Notes under the pieces: generated by a model
What the model saw: the letters and a program-made list of their open reading frames with translations, nothing else
Database searches by the model: none
Told to the model about the DNA's origin: nothing
Source: a virus
Lineage: Duplodnaviria > Caudoviricetes
Reading direction: 5' to 3' (one strand)
Virus record (IMG/VR): IMGVR_UViG_3300025428_000005
Span: 1-60,468 of that record
DNA length: 60,468 nt
Translations under genes and position numbers: made by a program
In this document: positions 38,975 to 47,224 of the stretch, piece after piece
How the letters are laid out: each line of letters begins with the position of its first letter
How positions within the stretch are numbered: position 1 is the stretch's first letter

Positions 38975-40978
38975 TTATCTAAACTTAAGATACTGGTCCG
39001 GTAAGGTTAAAGCTTTCCTGAACTTTCTAGTAAAGAAGTTATCAGGTACTACTACTTTCTTAGTAGATTCTAATTCTACCTGTATCTTCTCTCTATCTTT
39101 CTTAAGTATAAACAACATACCTAGTGCAGATACTCTATCAAAGTTACCATCTATATTCCAGTAGATCAATTCCTTAAGCAATGTATTACTTCTAATCTTA
39201 TGTAGGTTAAGTAATTGTCCGTCATCATCTTGACCACTAGCGCGTTCTGTTAACCATTCAGCAATCAAAGTTCTACCAAATTGGTTAATCTCTTTACTAG
39301 GTGCTGTACCTTTCTTACGATTAGTCTTTGTAGTTTGATAGATGTCATTAACTATCTTAGGAGGATCGCAGAATAAATACATAGAATTCTTACGTTCAAA
39401 GTAATCTAATATACCCTTATTATGATTCTCCGGGTTACCTACTGCATTGTAATACAATAATATACGCCTACAAGTCTCGTAGAAGTCTTCTGATCTAGGT
39501 CTACCTGTATATTCGCACACTAGCCTATCTGTAATAGTGTTTAATACCCAGATACTTCCTAATGAAGTAGTTTGTGACTCATCATGGTCATAGCTATCTA
39601 ATCCAGCTATGTACATTCCATAAGGTGTTCTATCTTCATTATTCTTATAAGGATGTTCCCATATAATAATACCTCCAGGCATATTACGGTTATCTTTATG
39701 TGGGAACTGATAGATAGGTTCTATATCATGATCTAAAGCCCATACAACTTCACCTTCTCTGTTTATCTCTAGTTTACCTACATGGTCTGCTTGCTTATAT
39801 CTATGCGGGTTACCTTCTACTTCTGCTAAATGCGTAGTTAAATCTCCTACTGGAAACTTACTACTTGTAATACGCATCATAGCTTCTTTAGGTGTAATAG
39901 GTATTTCCGCTTTACGTCTTGTTAGAGCGTGTGGATCATTACCTTGTGCTACAACCTTTCTATCTTCTTCTATTAGCCTAATAGCTTTCTCTTTATCTGT
40001 AACACCAGTCTTTAAGTCATAGGCACCATCGTAGTTTTTCCATGCCGGAAAAAAGAATGCACACTCTGTATTCTGCATACCATCATCCCACTGATTAGGT
40101 ATTGGATATACATTATAGGCTCTAGGCTTATAGAATATTTCTTCCATAGCCTCAAATGCTGTGCCTACCGTGCCACCAGTTCCCAAAGCTAGTATTAAAC
40201 CAAATGTATTCTTACCTTGCTCCATACTAGGACGTAAGATATTCCATCCAGTCATACCTCTAGGGAAGTTACCAAACTCTTCTAATATAATAAGCTTACC
40301 ACGCTTACCACGAAGTTTATCTATATTATCTCCTACTGTTACACCAATTATCTCTGACTTATAACCTACCTCAGACTCAATACCTTGAGCATTTGTTTCT
40401 TTAACCGAAGCTCTCCTATGCAGTTTAGAGTTCTCATACTGCCTTCTTTTACCCCAAGGTGTATTGATATCTATAAAGTCCATAGTGGACCAAGCCTTAG
40501 TTATTATACCGTCATTGGTTAAGTACTCTTCTGAAGCTGCAAAACAATAACTACTAGACCCCTTTAAATGGTGGTAGTTTCTCACGCACATACTACCAGC
40601 TATTAGTGACTTACCCTTACCGCGGCTACCTAACTGTAAGGCATGCTTACCATCTTTCTCTGCTTCATCTATGTATTTGAATAAATCAAAGTGACCATCC
40701 CAAGGGTTTGGAAATCCTAATACACGCTCTGCCTGGTTCTGCCCTTCAGCATTCTCTTTAACTACCTCTGTCTTTAAGATAGGTGTATAGTTTAAGAAGT
40801 GATAGTTATAACCTGTAATATAATCACTACCTATATGTACACCATTTATACACCTTTCTTTCTCTTGTTTCCAAAAGTTAAACCAGGCTTTAGACCCAGT
40901 AGGTTCTTTAGTGTATACCTTATAATCGTTAAAGTGTTGTGCTGTAGCAGTAAGCTCTTGTATCTCTCTATAGTTCAT
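38975..40978 (-). CDS. terL: Terminase large subunit
   Basis: Walker A SRGKGKS, Walker B LIILEEFG, GTGG, nuclease AGLDSYD and NFDRVSAL. Confidence 0.93.
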   Translation of the reverse strand: MNYREIQELTATAQHFNDYKVYTKEPTGSKAWFNFWKQEKERCINGVHIGSDYITGYNYHFLNYTPILKTEVVKENAEGQNQAERVLGFPNPWDGHFDLFKYIDEAEKDGKHALQLGSRGKGKSLIAGSMCVRNYHHLKGSSSYCFAASEEYLTNDGIITKAWSTMDFIDINTPWGKRRQYENSKLHRRASVKETNAQGIESEVGYKSEIIGVTVGDNIDKLRGKRGKLIILEEFGNFPRGMTGWNILRPSMEQGKNTFGLILALGTGGTVGTAFEAMEEIFYKPRAYNVYPIPNQWDDGMQNTECAFFFPAWKNYDGAYDLKTGVTDKEKAIRLIEEDRKVVAQGNDPHALTRRKAEIPITPKEAMMRITSSKFPVGDLTTHLAEVEGNPHRYKQADHVGKLEINREGEVVWALDHDIEPIYQFPHKDNRNMPGGIIIWEHPYKNNEDRTPYGMYIAGLDSYDHDESQTTSLGSIWVLNTITDRLVCEYTGRPRSEDFYETCRRILLYYNAVGNPENHNKGILDYFERKNSMYLFCDPPKIVNDIYQTTKTNRKKGTAPSKEINQFGRTLIAEWLTERASGQDDDGQLLNLHKIRSNTLLKELIYWNIDGNFDRVSALGMLFILKKDREKIQVELESTKKVVVPDNFFTRKFRKALTLPDQYLKFR

Positions 40979-41520
40979 TAGTCATTCTCTAGTAATCCAC
41001 CTGTAGTACCACCTCTTGCTTTACTACCTATAGTTTGTTCTTTCTGTACTTTCTCTTTTAACTTCTCTATATTATCTATAATACCTCCTGCTTGTTTAAC
41101 AGCATTAGATACTTTAGTTATATCATACTTAGGTTTACCATTCATATCTTCTTGATCCCAATCTATATCTCTAAAGTATTTACCCATAGATTCCATAGCT
41201 GATATATTATCTTGTAGGAATCTCATAGTAGGAGTATTCTGTAACTCTCTATACTTTCTAATCCCATCTGCAACATCTTTTGTAGGTTTGTACTTATCTA
41301 GATTAAGATAATCTTTAGCCACCATATCTGAACGCAGTTCTTCTGGGTAGGCTAAGTATAATGATTTGTAGTCAGCTATAAAGTAGATATAACAAAGTTT
41401 ACCAAATGCTTCTTTCTTATCTTTAGACTTATCAGCTTTCCAGATAGCATTAAACTCTGGTATAAGCAAACCCTCAGTAGTTACCGAGGGCTGATTATTA
41501 ATTATTTCAAATATCTTCAT
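40978..41520 (-). CDS. Conserved protein upstream of terL (candidate small terminase)
   Basis: 180 aa helical protein; stop overlaps the terL start; C-terminal ARGG. Confidence 0.5.
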   Translation of the reverse strand: MKIFEIINNQPSVTTEGLLIPEFNAIWKADKSKDKKEAFGKLCYIYFIADYKSLYLAYPEELRSDMVAKDYLNLDKYKPTKDVADGIRKYRELQNTPTMRFLQDNISAMESMGKYFRDIDWDQEDMNGKPKYDITKVSNAVKQAGGIIDNIEKLKEKVQKEQTIGSKARGGTTGGLLEND

Positions 41521-41912
41521 ACTACTTCAATAACTTCATTACGTAGCTTATTATTAGATGCTACTATATTCTTTTCAAACTGCGTAGGTTTAAATCCATA
41601 CCCTTCAGGCTCTAACTTCTCAACTATCAAGGCATCAGTTACAGCCTTCATAAACTTTGCAGCTTCTGAGTCTGGCACTTGAGCAATTTCAAAACTCAGT
41701 CTATAAGATTTAATCATTAACTTAGTTAATTTCAAATCTAAAGACTTATTACAACGAACCTCTAGTAATCCATGCTTATACCTAAAAGATGAACTATCTT
41801 TACCCTTTCTCACTATAGCTTTGTATAAGCTTAAAAGAATGTACACTAACATCTTTGTTGTGTAATATATTAGAAGTAATCTCCTACCACTTCTCTTGAG
41901 GGCATTTACCAT
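41517..41912 (-). CDS. Hypothetical protein (start uncertain, possibly 41717)
   Basis: ORF track; only the C-terminal half looks clearly coding. Confidence 0.4.
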   Translation of the reverse strand: MVNALKRSGRRLLLIYYTTKMLVYILLSLYKAIVRKGKDSSSFRYKHGLLEVRCNKSLDLKLTKLMIKSYRLSFEIAQVPDSEAAKFMKAVTDALIVEKLEPEGYGFKPTQFEKNIVASNNKLRNEVIEVV

Positions 41913-42102
41913 TGCTTCTTATTTTATACTTTAAAACACAACCACAGATTCCACAAGTACTATTATTATCTTTAATGTTTGGGCATTCTAGGCAGATGGT
42001 GTATCGTCTTACGGCTGTGCTCTCTATTACACTATTAGATATTCCTAAATCATTCTTAGTAGAATTGTAGAATCCTATGGCTATGTTTTTAAAGTCTAGC
42101 AT
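41884..42102 (-). CDS. Small Cys-rich (Zn-finger-like) protein
   Basis: RRYTICLECP...CGICGC...CPQEKW. Confidence 0.7.
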   Translation of the reverse strand: MLDFKNIAIGFYNSTKNDLGISNSVIESTAVRRYTICLECPNIKDNNSTCGICGCVLKYKIRSNGKCPQEKW

Positions 42103-42106
42103 TTAT

Positions 42107-42427
42107 TTACTGAATAATTGTTGTTTTATTTTTAGGCTTTGGTGAGTAATTAACTACTTTACCTAGTACACGGTAGTCTGGTATGAGCATATATCTTTGG
42201 TCTTCAAATAGAAATCCTGTAATAGCATGCGCTTCTAATAGTACATAATCACCTTCTTTGTATAAGCAGTCTTCTGCTGAATGAATAACTAATTGCGGTT
42301 CACTTAGATTAGCCAACAAGTTATCTTGGGCTGTTTCAGATAATAGAATACCACCTTCTGTCTTCTCAGGTACTGCTACTATAAAGTTCTTAGCACGTGG
42401 TGTAAAATTCTTAATTGTTTTGTTCAT
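42107..42427 (-). CDS. groES: GroES-like co-chaperonin
   Basis: FTPRAKNFIV..EKTEGGILL mobile loop, EGDYVLL, YMLIPDYRVLGKV. Confidence 0.7.
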   Translation of the reverse strand: MNKTIKNFTPRAKNFIVAVPEKTEGGILLSETAQDNLLANLSEPQLVIHSAEDCLYKEGDYVLLEAHAITGFLFEDQRYMLIPDYRVLGKVVNYSPKPKNKTTIIQ

Positions 42428-42430
42428 ATA

Positions 42431-42838
42431 TTAATTGTTTATTAACCAGTTATATAATTGTTTGTAAATACCATCAACTTCTTCTCTACGTAATTCAAAT
42501 GCTAATGGTGTAGCAGATGATTGTAGTTCTATTGATGGGTAAGTATCCTCATCTTCAGGATCTACTGTATTCTCTTCGTACTTAACTATAGCCTGTATAT
42601 TCTTCTTCCACATTAAACCTTCTTCAAGATGTTTAAACCTTTTAGGAGTCTTAGTACCTAACTCTTCATTAACTAAGTTAACATCGTAGGTATAATTAAT
42701 GTAGTACTCTATTCTATCAGGATATAGTAGTACCTTTGTCTTCTTCCCCCGAACATTCTCTTTCCCTAGGTTGGATGGAGTTATCTCCAGTTTCAAAGGT
42801 AGGTTTAACTCTTGTGGGTAATCGCTGTTCTCTTGCAT
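42431..42838 (-). CDS. Hypothetical protein
   Basis: 135 aa ORF in operon context. Confidence 0.6.
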   Translation of the reverse strand: MQENSDYPQELNLPLKLEITPSNLGKENVRGKKTKVLLYPDRIEYYINYTYDVNLVNEELGTKTPKRFKHLEEGLMWKKNIQAIVKYEENTVDPEDEDTYPSIELQSSATPLAFELRREEVDGIYKQLYNWLINN

Positions 42839-43052
42839 GATATTTTGTTAAGTCTATTGTAGGATCTAAATATATTTTCTTCTTAGGTATAAACTTGCCT
42901 ATAGCAAATACTTTAACACCTTCTAAGTAACCATCTCTAATTGTATCAGCTACTAAATGGAATTGCTCCATGTATATCTTCTCTACAATAGCCGGCTTTA
43001 GATTAAACTCCTTAGCTATATTATTGATTAATGTCTGGACTCTCTTCTGCAT
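42717..43052 (-). CDS. HU/IHF-like DNA-binding protein
   Basis: LINNIAKEFNLKPAIVEKIY...VKVFAIGKFIPK; C-terminal tail overlaps the next gene. Confidence 0.55.
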   Translation of the reverse strand: MQKRVQTLINNIAKEFNLKPAIVEKIYMEQFHLVADTIRDGYLEGVKVFAIGKFIPKKKIYLDPTIDLTKYHAREQRLPTRVKPTFETGDNSIQPRERECSGEEDKGTTIS

Positions 43053-43230
43053 CTTGATCTTTAAATACGCTAAAGTGTACCACAGTTTCTAACCCAGGAA
43101 TAAAATCTATTTCACAATAGTAGTTGTTATGCTTCTTAATAAAGTAACCAAACTCTTTCTTCCACTGTCTAGACTTTTCAACACACTTATCAAACGTTCC
43201 TTTATATCTTATTTCCGCTACTTTGATCAT
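43021..43230 (-). CDS. Hypothetical protein
   Basis: 69 aa, overlapping neighbours. Confidence 0.5.
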   Translation of the reverse strand: MIKVAEIRYKGTFDKCVEKSRQWKKEFGYFIKKHNNYYCEIDFIPGLETVVHFSVFKDQDAEESPDINQ

Positions 43231-43585
43231 TAGTTACTTTTAAATTGTAATGTATTTGTAATCCTCCATCAACTAAATCTATATCCATATTTAAAGACTT
43301 ATTACTTATCATACCTTTCTTACGTAGGGAAGTCATGATATTATTGTACGAATACTTGTCTTTATTATCTAAAGATATTCTAATACGTTCTTTAGTATCT
43401 CTGTGGAATAGTATTTTATCTCTATCCTCTTTTAGGTAAGTGCTATACTTAGAGTTTAAATACAATAGCTTAGCAAGTACCTTAATCTCCATAGAAGTTA
43501 ACTTCCTGGTACCTAGTAGAGGGTTTAATATCTCTAAGTACTTTTCAAAGATCTTATCTTGTGTAGTATTGATATTTATTACCAT
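43202..43585 (-). CDS. Putative winged-helix DNA-binding protein
   Basis: LTSMEIKVLAKLL...YNNIMTSLRKKGMI. Confidence 0.55.
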   Translation of the reverse strand: MVININTTQDKIFEKYLEILNPLLGTRKLTSMEIKVLAKLLYLNSKYSTYLKEDRDKILFHRDTKERIRISLDNKDKYSYNNIMTSLRKKGMISNKSLNMDIDLVDGGLQIHYNLKVTNDQSSGNKI

Positions 43586-43593
43586 AGTATATG

Positions 43594-43842
43594 TTAAATA
43601 AATTCTTCCTCACTTATAGAGAAGTCTTCATCTTCATCTATTACTATTACATCTGTAGTAAGAAGCCAAGCCCCTCTACGTCCAGCTGTCTCATCGTATT
43701 TAAACTCTAGCTCGATACCCCCTGCCCATATAAAGCAAGGAGTATCTTTAGGGTGCCCTTCTTTTGCAAGATTATGAACACTATCATAAGCTGAGTTTAA
43801 AACACTACAAGATATCTCTTTATGTGTCTTACGTTTAGTCAT
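43594..43842 (-). CDS. Hypothetical protein
   Basis: 82 aa, translationally coupled. Confidence 0.55.
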   Translation of the reverse strand: MTKRKTHKEISCSVLNSAYDSVHNLAKEGHPKDTPCFIWAGGIELEFKYDETAGRRGAWLLTTDVIVIDEDEDFSISEEEFI

Positions 43843-44072
43843 TACAATTCAATTGGATGTGCTGCTACTTCAATAGTGTGTTCTACTCGTCCGGCCACTA
43901 CTTTATATACCGGAATTAAGTTACAGTTAAACTTAGCAGTAGCTTCACGAATAGCTGTCAAACAAGCATCAGCTCTTTCTTGAATCTCTAACTCTGTTTC
44001 TTCTTTAAACTTCTTTTCTTGTTTAGGCTTATCCATAGATAGTACCTTTGTTTCTTCTTTCTTCTTAGCCAT
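43842..44072 (-). CDS. Hypothetical protein
   Basis: 76 aa, translationally coupled. Confidence 0.55.
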   Translation of the reverse strand: MAKKKEETKVLSMDKPKQEKKFKEETELEIQERADACLTAIREATAKFNCNLIPVYKVVAGRVEHTIEVAAHPIEL

Positions 44073-44311
44073 TATTTTACTTCTATAATTAAATTCTTTT
44101 TAAGTAAGATCTCTACTTCTTTTAACTCTTCTGGATTAGCATGGTCAAACCTAGAGATAATTCCCATAGATTTAAGTAGGTTAACCAGGTCTAGTACAGT
44201 TATGATATTATCCCAATTAGGTACATAAGTCCTAATATCTTGTGGGAACACCGTAGAGTGGTGTGCTAATTGGGTATTACCCTCTTCTGAATGTAAATGT
44301 TTATCTGACAT
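44072..44311 (-). CDS. Hypothetical protein
   Basis: 79 aa, first gene after a promoter. Confidence 0.55.
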   Translation of the reverse strand: MSDKHLHSEEGNTQLAHHSTVFPQDIRTYVPNWDNIITVLDLVNLLKSMGIISRFDHANPEELKEVEILLKKNLIIEVK

Positions 44312-44329
44312 ATTATATATTTAGTTATA

Positions 44330-44361
44330 CAAAGATAGTATATTGCTCCCATAAATGCAAA
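44330..44361 (-). promoter_or_regulatory. Bacteroidota primary-sigma promoter
   Basis: Minus strand TTTG-N20-TATCTTTG. Confidence 0.8.
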
Positions 44362-44397
44362 CTATTTATACTATTTTTGAATAATAAATATCAGATA

Positions 44398-44790
44398 TTA
44401 CTTGTTTTCTTTAAATTTATTTAATGCTCTATTAAGAACTTGCTGTAGTGTATGGTAGTGTGTCCAGTTAAGTCTCCACATAGTAAACCCTTTCTCCTTA
44501 CAATAATCATTCTTTATCTTATCTCTCCTCTGTTGCTCTAACACTAACTCCCTACCTCTAATAGGGTCATCACCATGATACTTAGGTGTATACCTAAAAT
44601 GCTGCCTACCATCATACTCTATTACTATACCATAATCAGGTAAAAAGAAATCTACTCTTAAAGCTTTACCAGTAAGTGGATTAACTAAATCCTTTAACTC
44701 TGCTTCTCTCACATACCTAATACCATGCCCTTGTAAGAAACCTATTATCTTAACTTCTGCTACACTAGGTGTTATTATATTATTATTCAA
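44398..44790 (-). CDS. DUF559/Vsr-like PD-(D/E)xK endonuclease
   Basis: LRVDFFLPDYGIVIEYDGRQH...RDKIKNDYC...GFTMWR; non-ATG start. Confidence 0.8.
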   Translation of the reverse strand: MNNNIITPSVAEVKIIGFLQGHGIRYVREAELKDLVNPLTGKALRVDFFLPDYGIVIEYDGRQHFRYTPKYHGDDPIRGRELVLEQQRRDKIKNDYCKEKGFTMWRLNWTHYHTLQQVLNRALNKFKENK

Positions 44791-44909
44791 TATCTTATAT
44801 ATTATTTCATTCTATCTAGGATATATTTTCCCCTAGGTAGAATAACTAAGTTAACTACTTATCTCTTTAAATATCTATACTTCCTCATTGCAGTTAGTCT
44901 TTAGCCCCT

Positions 44910-45074
44910 GTGCCCTAGTATTAACTTTGCGTAACTTTCCGCTCTAGGTCCTGCGAGTTTTCTAGCTATTCATTTGCGCCTTATTGGAGAAAATCTCACC
45001 TCTATTTGAGGTTACCAACCCAACTTCTGAAGGTCTTGTTAAACCCTGTAACTTGTTATTACACAAGTAGGCAC
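44910..45074 (-). ncRNA. Candidate structured RNA upstream of the endonuclease gene
   Basis: GC-enriched non-coding tract starting right after a promoter; closing GTGCC/GGCAC pairing; hairpins ACTTGT/ACAAGT, ACCTC/GAGGT and GAGA/TCTC. Confidence 0.4.
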
Positions 45075-45076
45075 TA

Positions 45077-45108
45077 CAAAGTTAACACATAAATGAGCAA
45101 AAGTCAAG
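45077..45108 (-). promoter_or_regulatory. Bacteroidota-type promoter at the start of the minus-strand module
   Basis: Minus strand CTTG-N20-TAACTTTG. Confidence 0.7.
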
Positions 45109-45417
45109 AGAAATCTTTAATTAGGCAGTTAACTCATTGTGTATCAGGTAGATTAATTTTAATTGACTGGCATGTTAAAATTTTTTATATTATATATCAA
45201 GTTATTTATTAGGTTGCAAGTCAAGTTATTAGATGAGAAATAACCCCCTGGGGGTTGATAGGGTAGAAATTTTTTTGGTAAAATTTTTAGGGTTTTAATA
45301 GGGTGTTTTAAAAAGTTGTTTATATGTAGTTAAGGGGGGAGGTCCACTTAGTAAACCCGGTCTTGGTCTTAGCGGGAGGAATAGTCCCCCGCATTAAACC
45401 TTAAACCCTTAACAACT

Positions 45418-45882
45418 ATGAGCAAATCTTTCAAATCGTTTAGCAATGCAGTAACTGTAGTGCTTAACCCAGAAACAAAAACCCTTATCACCCCAATGAA
45501 AGTTGAGGCAGGTAAAACACCAAGGTCTTACATTAGATTAGAGCAAAGTGCTCTTGATGCCAATGGTAACTTTCGTGCACGTGTAGCCTTGATGAAAGGT
45601 GACCACACGTTCATTGAGGATATGGTATCTTCTATGGCTTTGGTTGCAGGTGACATTCTTCCCGGCAAAATCATTCGACAAGAATCGTTTGAGCCTTTCA
45701 CGAAGAACCAGAAGCCTGTTACAGAGGGTAAAGACGGTGCAATCTCTAAGATTGCCGGTAAACCGTACTACATGCGCTATGTGTACACAGAGGATATGTC
45801 CGCTGTAGATACATTGTTGCCTCGTAATGCTGTTGCTGTTGCAGAGCCTACTACACAGCCTGCCGCAGAGCAGATTGCATAG
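45418..45882 (+). CDS. Hypothetical protein, first plus-strand gene
   Basis: 154 aa; GC-richer, host-like codons; own downstream hairpin. Confidence 0.75.
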   Translation: MSKSFKSFSNAVTVVLNPETKTLITPMKVEAGKTPRSYIRLEQSALDANGNFRARVALMKGDHTFIEDMVSSMALVAGDILPGKIIRQESFEPFTKNQKPVTEGKDGAISKIAGKPYYMRYVYTEDMSAVDTLLPRNAVAVAEPTTQPAAEQIA

Positions 45883-45909
45883 TACATTACCGAAGTACAT
45901 TACCGAAGT
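45881..45909. repeat. 13-bp tandem duplication
   Basis: AGTACATTACCGA x2 plus AGT. Confidence 0.85.
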
Positions 45910-45949
45910 TCTTCCCTGCGTATCTTAGGATACGTGGGGGGAATTTCTT
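45909..45949 (+). terminator. Terminator-like hairpin
   Basis: TTCCCTGCGTATC-TTAG-GATACGTGGGGG followed by GAATTTCTT. Confidence 0.55.
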
Positions 45950-46028
45950 AAAAATGGTAGAACAATTTAGTCGTGAAATACAGATGATTTAATAACTCAC
46001 TAGTTAATCCAATTTAATACCTTATAAT

Positions 46029-46139
46029 ATGACACACAATCTAATCTTTACAGGTATAGTTATCCTCACAGTTATAAGTGGAGGTTATCTATTAGTAAAT
46101 AGTGTTAAGTTATTTAGAGAGTTATTTGATGAGTTATGA
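46029..46139 (+). CDS. Putative 36-aa membrane peptide
   Basis: MTHNLIFTGIVILTVISGGYLLVNSVKLFRELFDEL; not in the ORF track. Confidence 0.4.
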   Translation: MTHNLIFTGIVILTVISGGYLLVNSVKLFRELFDEL

Positions 46140-46172
46140 AGAGTCAGATAGATGTTAGTATAGGATATAGCA

Positions 46173-46279
46173 TGACATTTTGTCAGGTATGTATGACAGT
46201 TTGTCATGTTTTTATTCTAAATTAGTTAAAATTTGGCAGATTTTGGTTAGGTTTTGATGAATTAACTGACAGATTGTCA
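46173..46279. promoter_or_regulatory. Three TGACA-N3-TGTCA palindromes (operator/iteron-like)
   Basis: Copies at 46173-46185, 46194-46206 and 46267-46279. Confidence 0.65.
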
Positions 46280-46423
46280 GGTACAACCCTCAAAACCTTA
46301 TCTCAACTCTAAAAACATCTCAAAAATCTTTCATTTCCCAAAAAAAGCACATTACATAACTTTATAACTACACTTCACTAAACTAACCAACTAACTAAAC
46401 ATTTAACCTAACACAATTAACCT

Positions 46424-46678
46424 ATGGAAACACAATATACTCCTAAACTACATATTTTTGAGCATTTAGTAGAGAAATACACAATTGCAATAGAGCAAGT
46501 TAGAAAAACTCTTAAAATTTGGGCTAATATAGATACACCTGACGCGGCAGATCAAATCAATGGATATGAAAATTTACTTCAAGACTTAATTGAAGAAAAA
46601 GCTGCATTAGAAGATATAGTTAAACTATTCTCTGGTAAGTATACGATTACCAGACAAACCTATGATGATGAACTTTAG
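46424..46678 (+). CDS. Hypothetical protein
   Basis: 84 aa with an A/C-rich leader. Confidence 0.6.
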   Translation: METQYTPKLHIFEHLVEKYTIAIEQVRKTLKIWANIDTPDAADQINGYENLLQDLIEEKAALEDIVKLFSGKYTITRQTYDDEL

Positions 46679-46704
46679 TAACTAATAATTACACAAGAAA
46701 AGAT

Positions 46705-46923
46705 ATGACACTAGAAGAAGTTAAATCAAGGTTATGTTTTTACGATCCAAGGAACCCCTATTCTTTATTTGACCCATGCGACCCAGAATCACAATCTAGA
46801 GATTGTAGTTGTGATAATTGCTTTTATGGCAGAGCTAAATTAGCAGAAGAAATACTTATGTTAAAAGCAGAGTTATCTGCAATACAACAATCATTAAAAA
46901 ACATATGTCTAAGCATCAAATAA
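46705..46923 (+). CDS. Hypothetical Cys-rich protein
   Basis: LCFYDPRNP...CSCDNCFYGR. Confidence 0.65.
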   Translation: MTLEEVKSRLCFYDPRNPYSLFDPCDPESQSRDCSCDNCFYGRAKLAEEILMLKAELSAIQQSLKNICLSIK

Positions 46924-46932
46924 GAAAATAAT

Positions 46933-47213
46933 ATGGAGCCAAAATTAAAAAAAAATAAAACAATATTTGATAAAGTAAAAAAATATGAAGATGCATTAGA
47001 TGTTTTGGATATAACAGGAAATGGAGATGCTTCTTATCGAATTGGAATTATTGCAAAGGCTTTAAATGAAGGATGGAAACCAGATTGGGAAAACGGAAAT
47101 CAAAAGAATTAGTAAAACATTTAAATAAAATAGCAAAAATTGATTTGGAAACATTTTTTAATATTGAGAAAGATTATTCTAAATTAAAGAAAAAATTTTA
47201 TTATATAAAATAA
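46933..47213 (+). pseudogene. Frameshifted, internally deleted paralogue of the 47225 gene C-terminal domain
   Basis: 46933-47112 encodes ...IIAKALNEGWKPDWENGNQKN*; the -1 frame from 47106 continues ELVKHLNKIAKIDLETFFN, matching ELAYHLIKIAEKELLEYFNN. Confidence 0.7.
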
Positions 47214-47224
47214 AAATAAAACAT

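Noticed and set aside
11763-40981. Short plus-strand ORFs (and minus-strand 27028-27243) within late genes
   Set aside because: Nested in or antisense to well-supported genes, with no motifs
46233-46250. Sigma-54 promoter at TTGGCAGATTTTGG
   Set aside because: The GG-N10-GC spacing is not met
45881-46279. CRISPR mini-array
   Set aside because: The repeats are a 13-bp tandem duplication and short palindromes without regular spacers; no cas genes
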